A DNA stretch of 32,000 nt from Methanothermobacter thermautotrophicus str. Delta H (GTDB lineage: Archaea; Methanobacteriota; Methanobacteria; Methanobacteriales; Methanothermobacteraceae), in contig NC_000916.1 in NCBI RefSeq assembly GCF_000008645.1, positions 90,001-122,000 of the forward strand. The letters run 5' to 3'. The notes under the pieces are model-generated. The model worked only from the letters and a program-made list of their open reading frames with translations, ran no database searches and was not told where the DNA came from. The number at the start of each line of letters is the position of its first letter. Positions within the stretch are counted from its first letter, which is position 1. Of the stretch, positions 1-10,169 are shown one piece after another. The position numbers and the translations under genes are program-made.

Positions 1-1
1 A

Positions 2-526
2 CGCCTTGTTGAATACAAGAGGATCCAGGACCTCATAAGGGCGGTTTCGGTGATAAGGGAGAAGTTCCCTGATATAAGGTGCCGGATAATCGGCACAGGT
101 CCCCTTGAGGAGCGTTTAAGGGGTCTTGCACGTGAACTTGCTGTTGAGGATAACGTTGAGTTCATGGGCTTCGTTGAGAAACACGCAGATGTACTGGAGG
201 TTATAGCAGAGTCCTGGGTCTTCTGCCTTCCAAGCGTGGTTGAAGGCTTTGGAATAGTTGTTGTGGAGGCCATGGGCTGCGGGACACCCTTCGTGGCTGC
301 CAGGATACCCCCTGTAATGGAGTCAAGCCAGGAGAAGGGAGGACTTTTCTTTGAACCCGGAAACTGGCGTGACCTTGCAGAGAAGCTTGAACTTTTGCTC
401 TCCAGCGGAGAGCTCCATGAAAGGTTAAGCTCTGAGGCTGCAGATGTTTTCAGGGACTACAGTGCAGATTCCATAGGTAGAAAGCTGGAGAGAGTGCTGA
501 CGGAGGTCACAGGCAGGGATGAATGA
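2..526 (+). CDS. Glycosyltransferase, GT-B fold (family 1/4), C-terminal part; 5' end lies outside the window
   Basis: The frame is open from the window edge (RLVEYKRIQDLIRAV...). It has a typical Glycos_transf_1 C-terminal core with the EGFG...EAMGCGTP motif. Stop codon at 524-526. Confidence 0.8.
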   Translation, partial: RLVEYKRIQDLIRAVSVIREKFPDIRCRIIGTGPLEERLRGLARELAVEDNVEFMGFVEKHADVLEVIAESWVFCLPSVVEGFGIVVVEAMGCGTPFVAARIPPVMESSQEKGGLFFEPGNWRDLAEKLELLLSSGELHERLSSEAADVFRDYSADSIGRKLERVLTEVTGRDE

Positions 527-606
527 TTCCCCCCATGGGTGTATTCGTGGTTCTTTTTCTCAGGGCTGCTGACAACTATTAATAGTCAGGGAACATAACT
601 GATATT

Positions 607-1289
607 ATGGTTATCTACTTCAGAGGATGTCTTGCAAGGGAGAGACTGCACGGGATATCCAGGGCCACAGAGAAGATACTCAGAGCCGCAGGACTGGAAT
701 ACAGAGTCCTTGATGAAGAGTCATGCTGTGGTTCGGTCCTTCTGAGGACAGGGTTCCTTGAAGAGGCAGAGATTCAGATAAGCAGGACAGGAAGCATGCT
801 TGATGGGGAGGAGGTTGTTGTATCATGTGCTGGCTGCTACAGGACTCTCAGCAGGGATTACAGGGAGAGAGGTTATAATATAGCCGTTAAGCACATATCT
901 CAGCTCATAGAGGAACTGATGGCAGAGGGTAGGATTGAATTTGAGAAAACAGACCTGAAGGTGACCTACCATGACCCCTGTCACCTCTCACGCCACAGCG
1001 ATGAAAGGGACACATCCAGGGCTATTCTGATGGAATTAACAGATTTCAGGGAAATGGAACATCATGGCAGGGACTCCAGATGCTGCGGTGCCGGAGGGGG
1101 CTGCGTTCAGCCCAACCTGATGTATCGTCTGCTGTGGCATCTTCACGGATACAAGAGGCTGCAAGGACCGGGGCAGACATCCTGTGCACCTCCTGTCCAT
1201 TCTGCAGCCTCAACCTCGGAGCAAGATCCATGAGGGTCATGGACATTACAGATGCTCCTATCGGAACTTATCAGGAGGAGAAACGTTGA
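607..1289 (+). CDS. LutA/GlcF/HdrB-like Fe-S oxidoreductase with two CCG cysteine-rich domains; disrupted by an apparent 1-nt frameshift in a G5 run (1096-1100)
   Basis: ORF 607..1233 has CCG motifs (ESCCGS, SCAGCY, DPCH, RCCGAGGG) and then turns to non-homologous sequence. ORF 1080..1289 in another frame continues as expected for the family (LRSAQPDVS...TGADILCTSCPFCSLNLG). The restored ORF ends in a TTGA overlap with the next gene. Confidence 0.75.
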
Positions 1290-2476
1290 ATGACAGTGAA
1301 ATCCGCCAGTATGAGGATTTCTTCAGCGAAATCAATGAAAGACGCCTTGAACTTCTGGATAGGCCAGAGGTGGCTGAACTGGCAGACAGGGTCAGGACGA
1401 TACGTGAATCATCCATTGAGAACCTCAACGAACTCATAGCAGGGGCATCTGAACGCTTCACGGAAAACGGCGTCGAGTTCCATCTTGCAGCTGACGCTGA
1501 TGATGCCTGCAGGATAATATATGAGAGCCTCGAAGGTGACACCATTGCAAAGTCAAAGTCCAACACCCTCTCCGAGATAGGGCTCGCAGATTACCTCAGG
1601 AGGAGGGGGGTGGAGGTAATTGAGACGGACCTGGGGGACCGTATACTCCAGCTTGCAGGTATAGGAAAACCTGCGCACCCTGTTGGACCGGCTCTCCACC
1701 TGGGTGTATCTGAAATAGCGGCCATAGTAAGGGATAAACTCGAAGCTGACATCAGGGATGATCCCCATGAGATAATGGAGGCGGTGAGATCCGATATACT
1801 GCAGTCCATAGCTGAATGCAGTGCAGGGATAACCGGTGCCAATTCTGTGGCAGCCTCTGATGGATCAGCTGTTATAGTCCATAACGAGGGAAACGTGGCC
1901 AGGCTCTCACTCATGGACACACACATCATGGTCTTTGGTGTGGATAAACTGGTCCCTCAGATCGAGGATGCTGTATCGGTGGTTAAACTGGAGACCGCCT
2001 ATGCCACAGGTACCAGGGTGCCATCCTACATCAACGTGATCTCAGGACCCTCAAAGACCGCGGATATAGAGAAGATGCTCCTAACCGGGATGTACGGTGC
2101 ATCAAGGGTCATAGCAGTTGCAGTTGACAACGGGAGGTCCGAAGCATACCCGGAGGCCCTCCTCTGCATAGGGTGCGGCAGCTGCATAGTCAGCTGTCCC
2201 GTCTACAACACAGTCGGGAACAGGTTCGGTTACCGTGGATACCTGGGGGGCCGTGGTGTTGTTATGAGCAGCTTCATTGATGGCAGGGAAGCTGCAGCTG
2301 AATCAGGCCTCTACATGTGCACCCTGTGTGGTCTCTGCACCGAGAAATGCCCGGTTCGACCCCCCGCTGCTGAGATGATGGATAGGCTCCGGCGGAACTG
2401 CGTTGCCGCGGGTATAAGGCACCCAAGCCACATGAGGATAGCGGCGCGGATACTCAGGAGGGGTTCACCCCTCTGA
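1286..2476 (+). CDS. LutB-like iron-sulfur protein (LUD/DUF162 domain plus 2x[4Fe-4S] ferredoxin motifs)
   Basis: The C-terminal part has CIGCGSCIVSCP and CTLCGLCTEKCP cluster motifs. The N-terminal part is a LUD-type domain. I chose TTG 1286 as start because it is preceded by GGAGGAG (1274-1280) and overlaps the upstream stop. ORF-track residues before it (1184-1285) overlap the LutA-like tail. Confidence 0.75.
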   Translation: MNDSEIRQYEDFFSEINERRLELLDRPEVAELADRVRTIRESSIENLNELIAGASERFTENGVEFHLAADADDACRIIYESLEGDTIAKSKSNTLSEIGLADYLRRRGVEVIETDLGDRILQLAGIGKPAHPVGPALHLGVSEIAAIVRDKLEADIRDDPHEIMEAVRSDILQSIAECSAGITGANSVAASDGSAVIVHNEGNVARLSLMDTHIMVFGVDKLVPQIEDAVSVVKLETAYATGTRVPSYINVISGPSKTADIEKMLLTGMYGASRVIAVAVDNGRSEAYPEALLCIGCGSCIVSCPVYNTVGNRFGYRGYLGGRGVVMSSFIDGREAAAESGLYMCTLCGLCTEKCPVRPPAAEMMDRLRRNCVAAGIRHPSHMRIAARILRRGSPL

Positions 2477-2578
2477 AAAGAAAGGTATAAAAAGGTGCTG
2501 TGCTAGATAAATTAAAAAAATTATCATATCATGTTTCTTGGGATATTCATTCCATGATTTTTACCAGGAGGTTATAGA

Positions 2579-3289
2579 TTGCTTCTATTGATAAGTCCAA
2601 TTAACACTGAGGAGGCACTAGAAGCCATAGAAGGCGGTGCAGACATAGTCGATGTTAAGAACCCTGCAGAGGGATCCCTGGGAGCAAATTTCCCGTGGGT
2701 GATCCGCAGGGTCAGGGAGATGACACCGGAGGACATGCTTGTAAGCGCGACACTGGGTGATGTGCCCTACAAGCCGGGCACAGTATCCCTTGCAGCCATG
2801 GGGGCGCTGGTGTCAGGAGCTGACTACATAAAGGTGGGTCTATACGGGACCAGAAACTATGATGAGGCAGTTGACGTCATGAAGAACGTTGTGAGGGCTG
2901 TTAAGGACCAGTCAGACGCCATCGTGGTTGCAGCCGGCTACGCTGACGCTCACCGTGTTGGCGCTGTTGAACCCATGGAGATACCCCGCGTTGCGGCTGA
3001 TTCCGGTGCAGACCTTGCAATGCTTGACACCGCCGTTAAGGACGGTAAAACACTCTTTGACTTCATGGACATGGAAAAACTGGAATCCTTTGTATCAGCT
3101 GCCCGTGATCATGGACTGAAGTCAGCCCTCGCAGGATCAGTTGGCAGGGAACACCTGAAACCCCTCCATGAGATTGGCTGCGACGTTGTAGGCATAAGGG
3201 GGGCTGCATGTGTTGGCGGAGACCGCAACACAGGCAGAATCCACAGGGACGCTGTGAGGGAACTCAAGGAACTCCTGGACAGCTTCTAA
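2579..3289 (+). CDS. mfnB: (5-formylfuran-3-yl)methyl phosphate synthase, methanofuran biosynthesis (MfnB, MJ1099 family)
   Basis: N-terminus [35 protein letters not shown] is typical of the MfnB/UPF0264 TIM-barrel family. TTG start has AGGAGG at 2566-2571. An AT-rich promoter-like region lies at 2480-2530. Confidence 0.8.
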   Translation: MLLLISPINTEEALEAIEGGADIVDVKNPAEGSLGANFPWVIRRVREMTPEDMLVSATLGDVPYKPGTVSLAAMGALVSGADYIKVGLYGTRNYDEAVDVMKNVVRAVKDQSDAIVVAAGYADAHRVGAVEPMEIPRVAADSGADLAMLDTAVKDGKTLFDFMDMEKLESFVSAARDHGLKSALAGSVGREHLKPLHEIGCDVVGIRGAACVGGDRNTGRIHRDAVRELKELLDSF

Positions 3290-3307
3290 ATTAGCTGAGG
3301 GATTTGA

Positions 3308-4790
<1,483 letters not shown>

Positions 4791-4800
4791 TTATTTTTTT

Positions 4801-5400
4801 ATGGAAATGAGTGAACTTGACTCTGTTGCTGTCCTCTGCGGTGGCAGGGGAAGGCGGATGGGCTCAGATAAGGGACTTCTTCTCATGGATGACCGGCCCT
4901 TCATAGAGATCATAACAGCAAAATTACTTGGACATTTCAGTGATGTCCTTGTGGTTCTGCGTGACACTGACCAGGCCGGGACCTACAGGGGCATCCTCGA
5001 TGACCGTGTGAGGATCCTGACGGATGAGCTGCCTGGTGCAGGACCCCTTGGAGGAATATACACTGCACTGGGGAATATATCAGGGGATGCTGCGCTTTTC
5101 CTCCCCTGTGACGCGCCCCTTGTTACGGACGAGTTCCTGGTGAATATGAAGGAGTGCTTCCGGAGGCTTGGGGATTCCTGTGACGCCATAGTACCATGGG
5201 GGGATGATGGACCGGAACCCCTCCATGCTGTGTACTCTGCCAGGGTGAGGGGGACTGTGGAGGCGCTTCTATCCAAAAATAAAAGGAGAGTGGGGACTCT
5301 GATTGAATCCATTAACTCCTGCCGCATAGCCGCAATCAGACTGGATCCGACACTTCAAAGCTTCAGGAACTTCAACCGTCCGGAGGATCTCAGGATCTGA
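4801..5400 (+). CDS. mobA: Molybdenum cofactor guanylyltransferase
   Basis: Motifs LCGGRGRRMGSDKGLL, PGAGPLGG and LPCDAPL are typical of MobA. I chose ATG 4801 (or 4807) as start. The track start at 4759 only translates the shifted guaB tail. Confidence 0.8.
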   Translation: MEMSELDSVAVLCGGRGRRMGSDKGLLLMDDRPFIEIITAKLLGHFSDVLVVLRDTDQAGTYRGILDDRVRILTDELPGAGPLGGIYTALGNISGDAALFLPCDAPLVTDEFLVNMKECFRRLGDSCDAIVPWGDDGPEPLHAVYSARVRGTVEALLSKNKRRVGTLIESINSCRIAAIRLDPTLQSFRNFNRPEDLRI

Positions 5401-5593
5401 TATCAACTGTGCGTGGATTCCTTCCCATCTCAAGAACAAACTTGTTTACACGCTCAATCATGTCGATGTAGTGTTCTTTATGGATTTTCTTCCCATCGAC
5501 AAGAGCATATTTCGGTAGAGACCCGTACAGATTCTTAAACTCAATTATCTCGCTAACCATTTCCCTATACTGCTCTAGGGTCAACCTTTCCAT
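5390..5593 (-). CDS. Small protein (67 aa) made of two pseudomurein-binding-repeat (PMBR)-like units
   Basis: Two roughly 30-aa units share the pattern Y-x2-M-x3-(I/V)-x2-F-x4-G-x-(L/N)-P-x2-(A/V): QYREMVSEIIEFKNLYGSLPKYALV and HYIDMIERVNKFVLEMGRNPRTVDI. An AT-rich promoter-like region with CTTATATATTAT lies upstream on the minus strand. Start is ATG 5593; a TTG at 5602 is the alternative. Confidence 0.5.
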   Translation of the reverse strand: MERLTLEQYREMVSEIIEFKNLYGSLPKYALVDGKKIHKEHYIDMIERVNKFVLEMGRNPRTVDIRS

Positions 5594-5739
5594 GGATACC
5601 AACCACAGGAGTTTTTCTATACTCTCTTTATCATAATATATAAGTTATACGATTTTATTTTCACATCAAGCCAATATTAAAAATTTAAATTAAAATATGA
5701 AATCTTTCTGGCCCCCTTTACTGAATTCTTCCCATGAAC

Positions 5740-6498
5740 TCAACTGAGGACCTCCACCCGCGCCTCCCTGTTGAAGGGGTTCTTCCTCACTGCGAGGGAA
5801 AATAGGTAGGGGTAGTTCTCACTCAGGTGCTCCATGTAGCCAAGCCACTCCCCGATAACTGCACTGTAGGCCCTCGTAAGGTCACCTGCAAGGTGTTCAT
5901 AGTCTGAAGGCGGGAGGGAGGTGATATCCTCCCTGGCCTCGAGCTCCTCCATCAGATGGAACACGGCCCAGAGCATATCTGTGAAACTCTCATGTTCAAG
6001 TAGATTAGGATTTTCCAGGAGCCCAAGGAGGAACTTCCTCCTTGATACGAGAAACTCCCTAAGGTAATGCAGGAGTTCAATGCTCTCCTCTGATCCAAGC
6101 TCAAAACTGAAGTCCAGACCATTGAACTCATCAATTATTTTTCTGAAATCATCACTGCTCCAGGAGGTATCCATGATCAGTCTGGATGCAATGAACGGTG
6201 TGTTTGATTCAAAGGGGGACACCTCCCTCAGGAACTCTGTACCGGTTTCACTGAAGAATGCACCTATGACTATGTTGAGCTTTTCAAGCCTCTCAGAGAG
6301 TTCCCTTCGGGATATAGCGGCCTCAACAACTATCACCACTATAAGTATCTCCAGGGGCACGAATGCAAGGTCTATACCAATGTAGAAGAGCTCTGTTTCA
6401 GGTTTATGGAATATCAGATATAAAATGAAGTATATGGATGCTGATACAAGTACCAGAAGAAGCGCCAGTTTTACTCTCCAGTTAATTTTTGTCTTCAT
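5740..6498 (-). CDS. Hypothetical membrane protein (two N-terminal TM helices plus a helical cytoplasmic domain)
   Basis: Long ORF with normal composition. Hydrophobic segments are LALLLVLVSASIYFILYLIF and IGIDLAFVPLEILIVVIVVEAAI. I recognise no family motif. Confidence 0.6.
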   Translation of the reverse strand: MKTKINWRVKLALLLVLVSASIYFILYLIFHKPETELFYIGIDLAFVPLEILIVVIVVEAAISRRELSERLEKLNIVIGAFFSETGTEFLREVSPFESNTPFIASRLIMDTSWSSDDFRKIIDEFNGLDFSFELGSEESIELLHYLREFLVSRRKFLLGLLENPNLLEHESFTDMLWAVFHLMEELEAREDITSLPPSDYEHLAGDLTRAYSAVIGEWLGYMEHLSENYPYLFSLAVRKNPFNREARVEVLS

Positions 6499-6530
6499 TG
6501 GATACCCCCTGTATCTGGGTTGCTTTCCAG

Positions 6531-7109
6531 TTAATCTTTGTTTTCATGGGATACCCCAGTGTATATCAGTGCAACAGGGTTCCTTGAGACCATCATGGTG
6601 CCTCTATCAAGTGCACGGCCCCTTGCTATGTTGAGTTCAGTGATGTTCACATCAAATCCAAGGTCCCTGAGGCACTCCATTGCCTCAAACTTCGTCTCAA
6701 GGAGTATCGCCGTCACGATTATCCTGCCACCGGGCTTCAACTTATCCTTTATAATCCTGAGGATCTCCTGCAGTTCACCCCCGCTACCACCCACAACTGC
6801 AATGTCGATGTCAGGGATCTTACAGAGGGCCTCAGGGGCATCACCCTCCATCAGTGTTACATTATCTCCAAGGCCATGCCTCTGGAGGTTCATTTCAGTT
6901 GTTGAGATGGCTTCAGGGTTCCTGTCGATTGCATAGACCCTTCTGACCCTCCCTGCAAGTTCTAGGGTCACTCCACCGGTTCCACAGCCCACATCAACGG
7001 CAACATCATTTTTACCGGGCTCTGCAAGGCACATGATGAGGCATCTCACTTCCATGGCGGTTGGGCCCGGGACTGAGGGGTTCTTTATGAACTCATCGTC
7101 GGGTATCAA
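6531..7109 (-). CDS. cbiT: Cobalt-precorrin-6B C15-methyltransferase (decarboxylating), CbiT
   Basis: SAM-binding motif VDVGCGTGGVTLE. The overall sequence matches my memory of MT0146/CbiT. TTG start is preceded by GGTGA on the minus strand. Confidence 0.85.
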   Translation of the reverse strand: MIPDDEFIKNPSVPGPTAMEVRCLIMCLAEPGKNDVAVDVGCGTGGVTLELAGRVRRVYAIDRNPEAISTTEMNLQRHGLGDNVTLMEGDAPEALCKIPDIDIAVVGGSGGELQEILRIIKDKLKPGGRIIVTAILLETKFEAMECLRDLGFDVNITELNIARGRALDRGTMMVSRNPVALIYTGVSHENKD

Positions 7110-7187
7110 GTCATCACCTTTACTGGGGGGTTATTCCATCATCGTTGAACTCATCGTCGGGTATCAGGTCATCAAATCTTAATGCGG

Positions 7188-7748
7188 TTAGATATCCTTA
7201 CCTGTCCACCTTCTGAAGAGGTCGTTCTCTATTCCAAGTACATCAAGGACCTTTCCAGCTATGAAGTCCGCCATATCCTCTATGCTGGCGGGTTTATGGT
7301 AGAAACCTGGCATGGCAGGGAGTATTATCCCACCCTCCCTTGAGACCCTGAGCATGTTTTCAAGATGGACACTCCTCAACGGGGTTTCCCTTGGGACGAG
7401 GACAAGATCCCTTCTCTCCTTCAGGCAGACATCTGCAGCCCTTGTAAGGGAATTCTCAGCATATCCGTTGGCTATGGCAGAGAGGGTCTTCATTGTGCAG
7501 GGAGCGATGACCATTGCCCTGAAGGGGGATGATCCGCTGTTTATGGATGTTGTGAAGTCACTGGCATCGAAGCACTCATCTGCCAGTTCCTCAAGGGCCC
7601 CTGGTTCAATCCCAAGTTCATATCTTATTATCTCACGTGCGGTGTCGGTTATCATGAGTCCAATCCTCACTCCAGCCCCTCTGAGGGCCTTCAGGATCCT
7701 CTCACCATAGATAACACCACTCGCACCTGTCATGGCAAGTATTATCAT
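7188..7748 (-). CDS. ubiX: Flavin prenyltransferase UbiX/Pad1 family
   Basis: Motifs MTGASG, APCTMKTLSAIANGYA and VPRETPL match the family. ATG 7748 is preferred because AAGGTGA lies 5 nt upstream. The track start at 7763 is the alternative. Confidence 0.85.
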   Translation of the reverse strand: MIILAMTGASGVIYGERILKALRGAGVRIGLMITDTAREIIRYELGIEPGALEELADECFDASDFTTSINSGSSPFRAMVIAPCTMKTLSAIANGYAENSLTRAADVCLKERRDLVLVPRETPLRSVHLENMLRVSREGGIILPAMPGFYHKPASIEDMADFIAGKVLDVLGIENDLFRRWTGKDI

Positions 7749-7786
7749 TTTAATCACCTTCATTCATGTGGGTAACATTCAGAAGA

Positions 7787-9007
7787 TCATCTGAACCGGA
7801 GGTAGTCCGGGACTGTTAGGCGCAGCTGCCTTGGATGGGAGGGCCTTCTCTCAGGGAGGTCCATGTAGTCATGGAGGCTGAAGTCCCTGAAGGACCCTGC
7901 AAACTCCCCGGGAACATAGACACAGATATCTGCATGATTGAACCTGGCCTCCTTCAGGGCCCCGACGAGGCTTGAAATGTGGCTCAGGTTTACAATTGAG
8001 TCACCAACAGAGACCTGGGTCCTCATCTCATCAAAGGCAGGGTACTCGGGTAGATTCACCACCACGTAGTCGGGGTCGAGGCCCATGTCCTCTGCTATCT
8101 CCTCCTCAGCCCTCTGTATCTCTGCCTCCGTTATCCTGAAGACCCTATCAGGGTCCTCAAGTTCATTGAGCTTCACCGAGTCAACGGTCTTGAGGAGGTC
8201 CCTGTTATCAAGCCTCCTCATCATATCACCTGCAAGGCCCTCCTGGTTCCTGCACATGACGATGAGGTCCATGTCGTCGTACCTGTAGATCCTGGACGCG
8301 TCCAGGACGCCACCTGATATGAGGCTCCTGAGGCACCTCCTGAACATGGAGTTCACGATCCTGGTGGTGTGGTGCTGGTATACGCTGGGGTACATGAAGT
8401 ACCTTGCAAGGAGGGCGGATTCGGCTGCCTGGACGCCCTTCCTGTCGAGTACAAGGTCGTTCTCCATCTTCATGTTGTATATCAGCCTTTCAACGTCGAT
8501 TATACCGTAGGCCACACCTGTGTAGTGGGAGTCCCTGAGGAGGTAGTCCATCCTGTCAACATCCAGCTCCCCGCTGATGGCCTGGCCAAGGACTCCCTCA
8601 CCCCTGAGTATCCTCATAACCTGCCTGAGGTCGAACTCCTCGGATATTATGTCCCCAAGGATGGATTTTCTTATCAGCTCCCTTGTGAGGCTCTCATGGG
8701 ACATCTCAAGGACACCCTCGGATACATGGGAGAATGGGCCGTGCCCAACGTCGTGGAGGAGGGCGCACAGCCTCAGGACCCTCTTCTTTTCATGGCCAAG
8801 ACCGAGGTGCTCTGCAAGTCGTGATGCAAGGTACATGGCACCTATGGAGTGTTCGAACCTTGAATGGTTTGCACCGGGGTATATGAGGCTGGTGAATCCG
8901 AGCTGCTTTATGCGCCTGAGGCGCTGGAACTGTGGCGTGTCAACTATCCTGACCTCGAACTCACTCAGTTTCAGGTTTCCATGGACGCTGTCCCTTATGA
9001 ATTTCAT
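7787..9007 (-). CDS. HD-domain metal-dependent phosphohydrolase (COG1078, dGTPase/SAMHD1-like)
   Basis: Motifs RFEHSIG and LLHDVGHGPFSH, plus DVDRMDYLLRDSHYTG, are typical of this family. Confidence 0.85.
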   Translation of the reverse strand: MKFIRDSVHGNLKLSEFEVRIVDTPQFQRLRRIKQLGFTSLIYPGANHSRFEHSIGAMYLASRLAEHLGLGHEKKRVLRLCALLHDVGHGPFSHVSEGVLEMSHESLTRELIRKSILGDIISEEFDLRQVMRILRGEGVLGQAISGELDVDRMDYLLRDSHYTGVAYGIIDVERLIYNMKMENDLVLDRKGVQAAESALLARYFMYPSVYQHHTTRIVNSMFRRCLRSLISGGVLDASRIYRYDDMDLIVMCRNQEGLAGDMMRRLDNRDLLKTVDSVKLNELEDPDRVFRITEAEIQRAEEEIAEDMGLDPDYVVVNLPEYPAFDEMRTQVSVGDSIVNLSHISSLVGALKEARFNHADICVYVPGEFAGSFRDFSLHDYMDLPERRPSHPRQLRLTVPDYLRFR

Positions 9008-9054
9008 GTCTTGCCCCGTTAATCTGTTCCAGGAGGTTTCTGTCCTGATTTTTT

Positions 9055-10037
<983 letters not shown>

Positions 10038-10169
10038 TTATTATGTCAGTAAAACTATTAGAACTATGGTGCTTCTAGTATATATTCATGGAGCCGGTGG
10101 CGATTGTGGATCATTCAATGGCAGTCTGCAGTTCATGGACACTGCCAGAGGAGATGGGCAGGTGATACA

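Noticed and set aside
1184-1285. Upstream part of ORF 1184..2476
   Set aside because: It overlaps the restored LutA-like C-terminus in another frame. TTG 1286, with a GGAGGAG RBS and a stop/start overlap, is the more plausible LutB-like start.
7117-7187. Possible C/D-box sRNA on the minus strand (two TGATGA boxes and a CTGA)
   Set aside because: The CTGA follows the first TGATGA after only 1 nt, so there is no 10-12 nt guide spacing. There is no terminal D box and no terminal stem. The TGATGA boxes are part of the duplicated cbiT start region.
10104-10169. Upstream GTG start for atwA (MWIIQWQSAVHGHCQRRWAGDT...)
   Set aside because: The extension is Trp/Cys/His-rich and unlike ABC ATPase N-termini. 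ATG 10170 has a proper AGGTGA RBS and gives the canonical beta-strand start MIRVENLTK.
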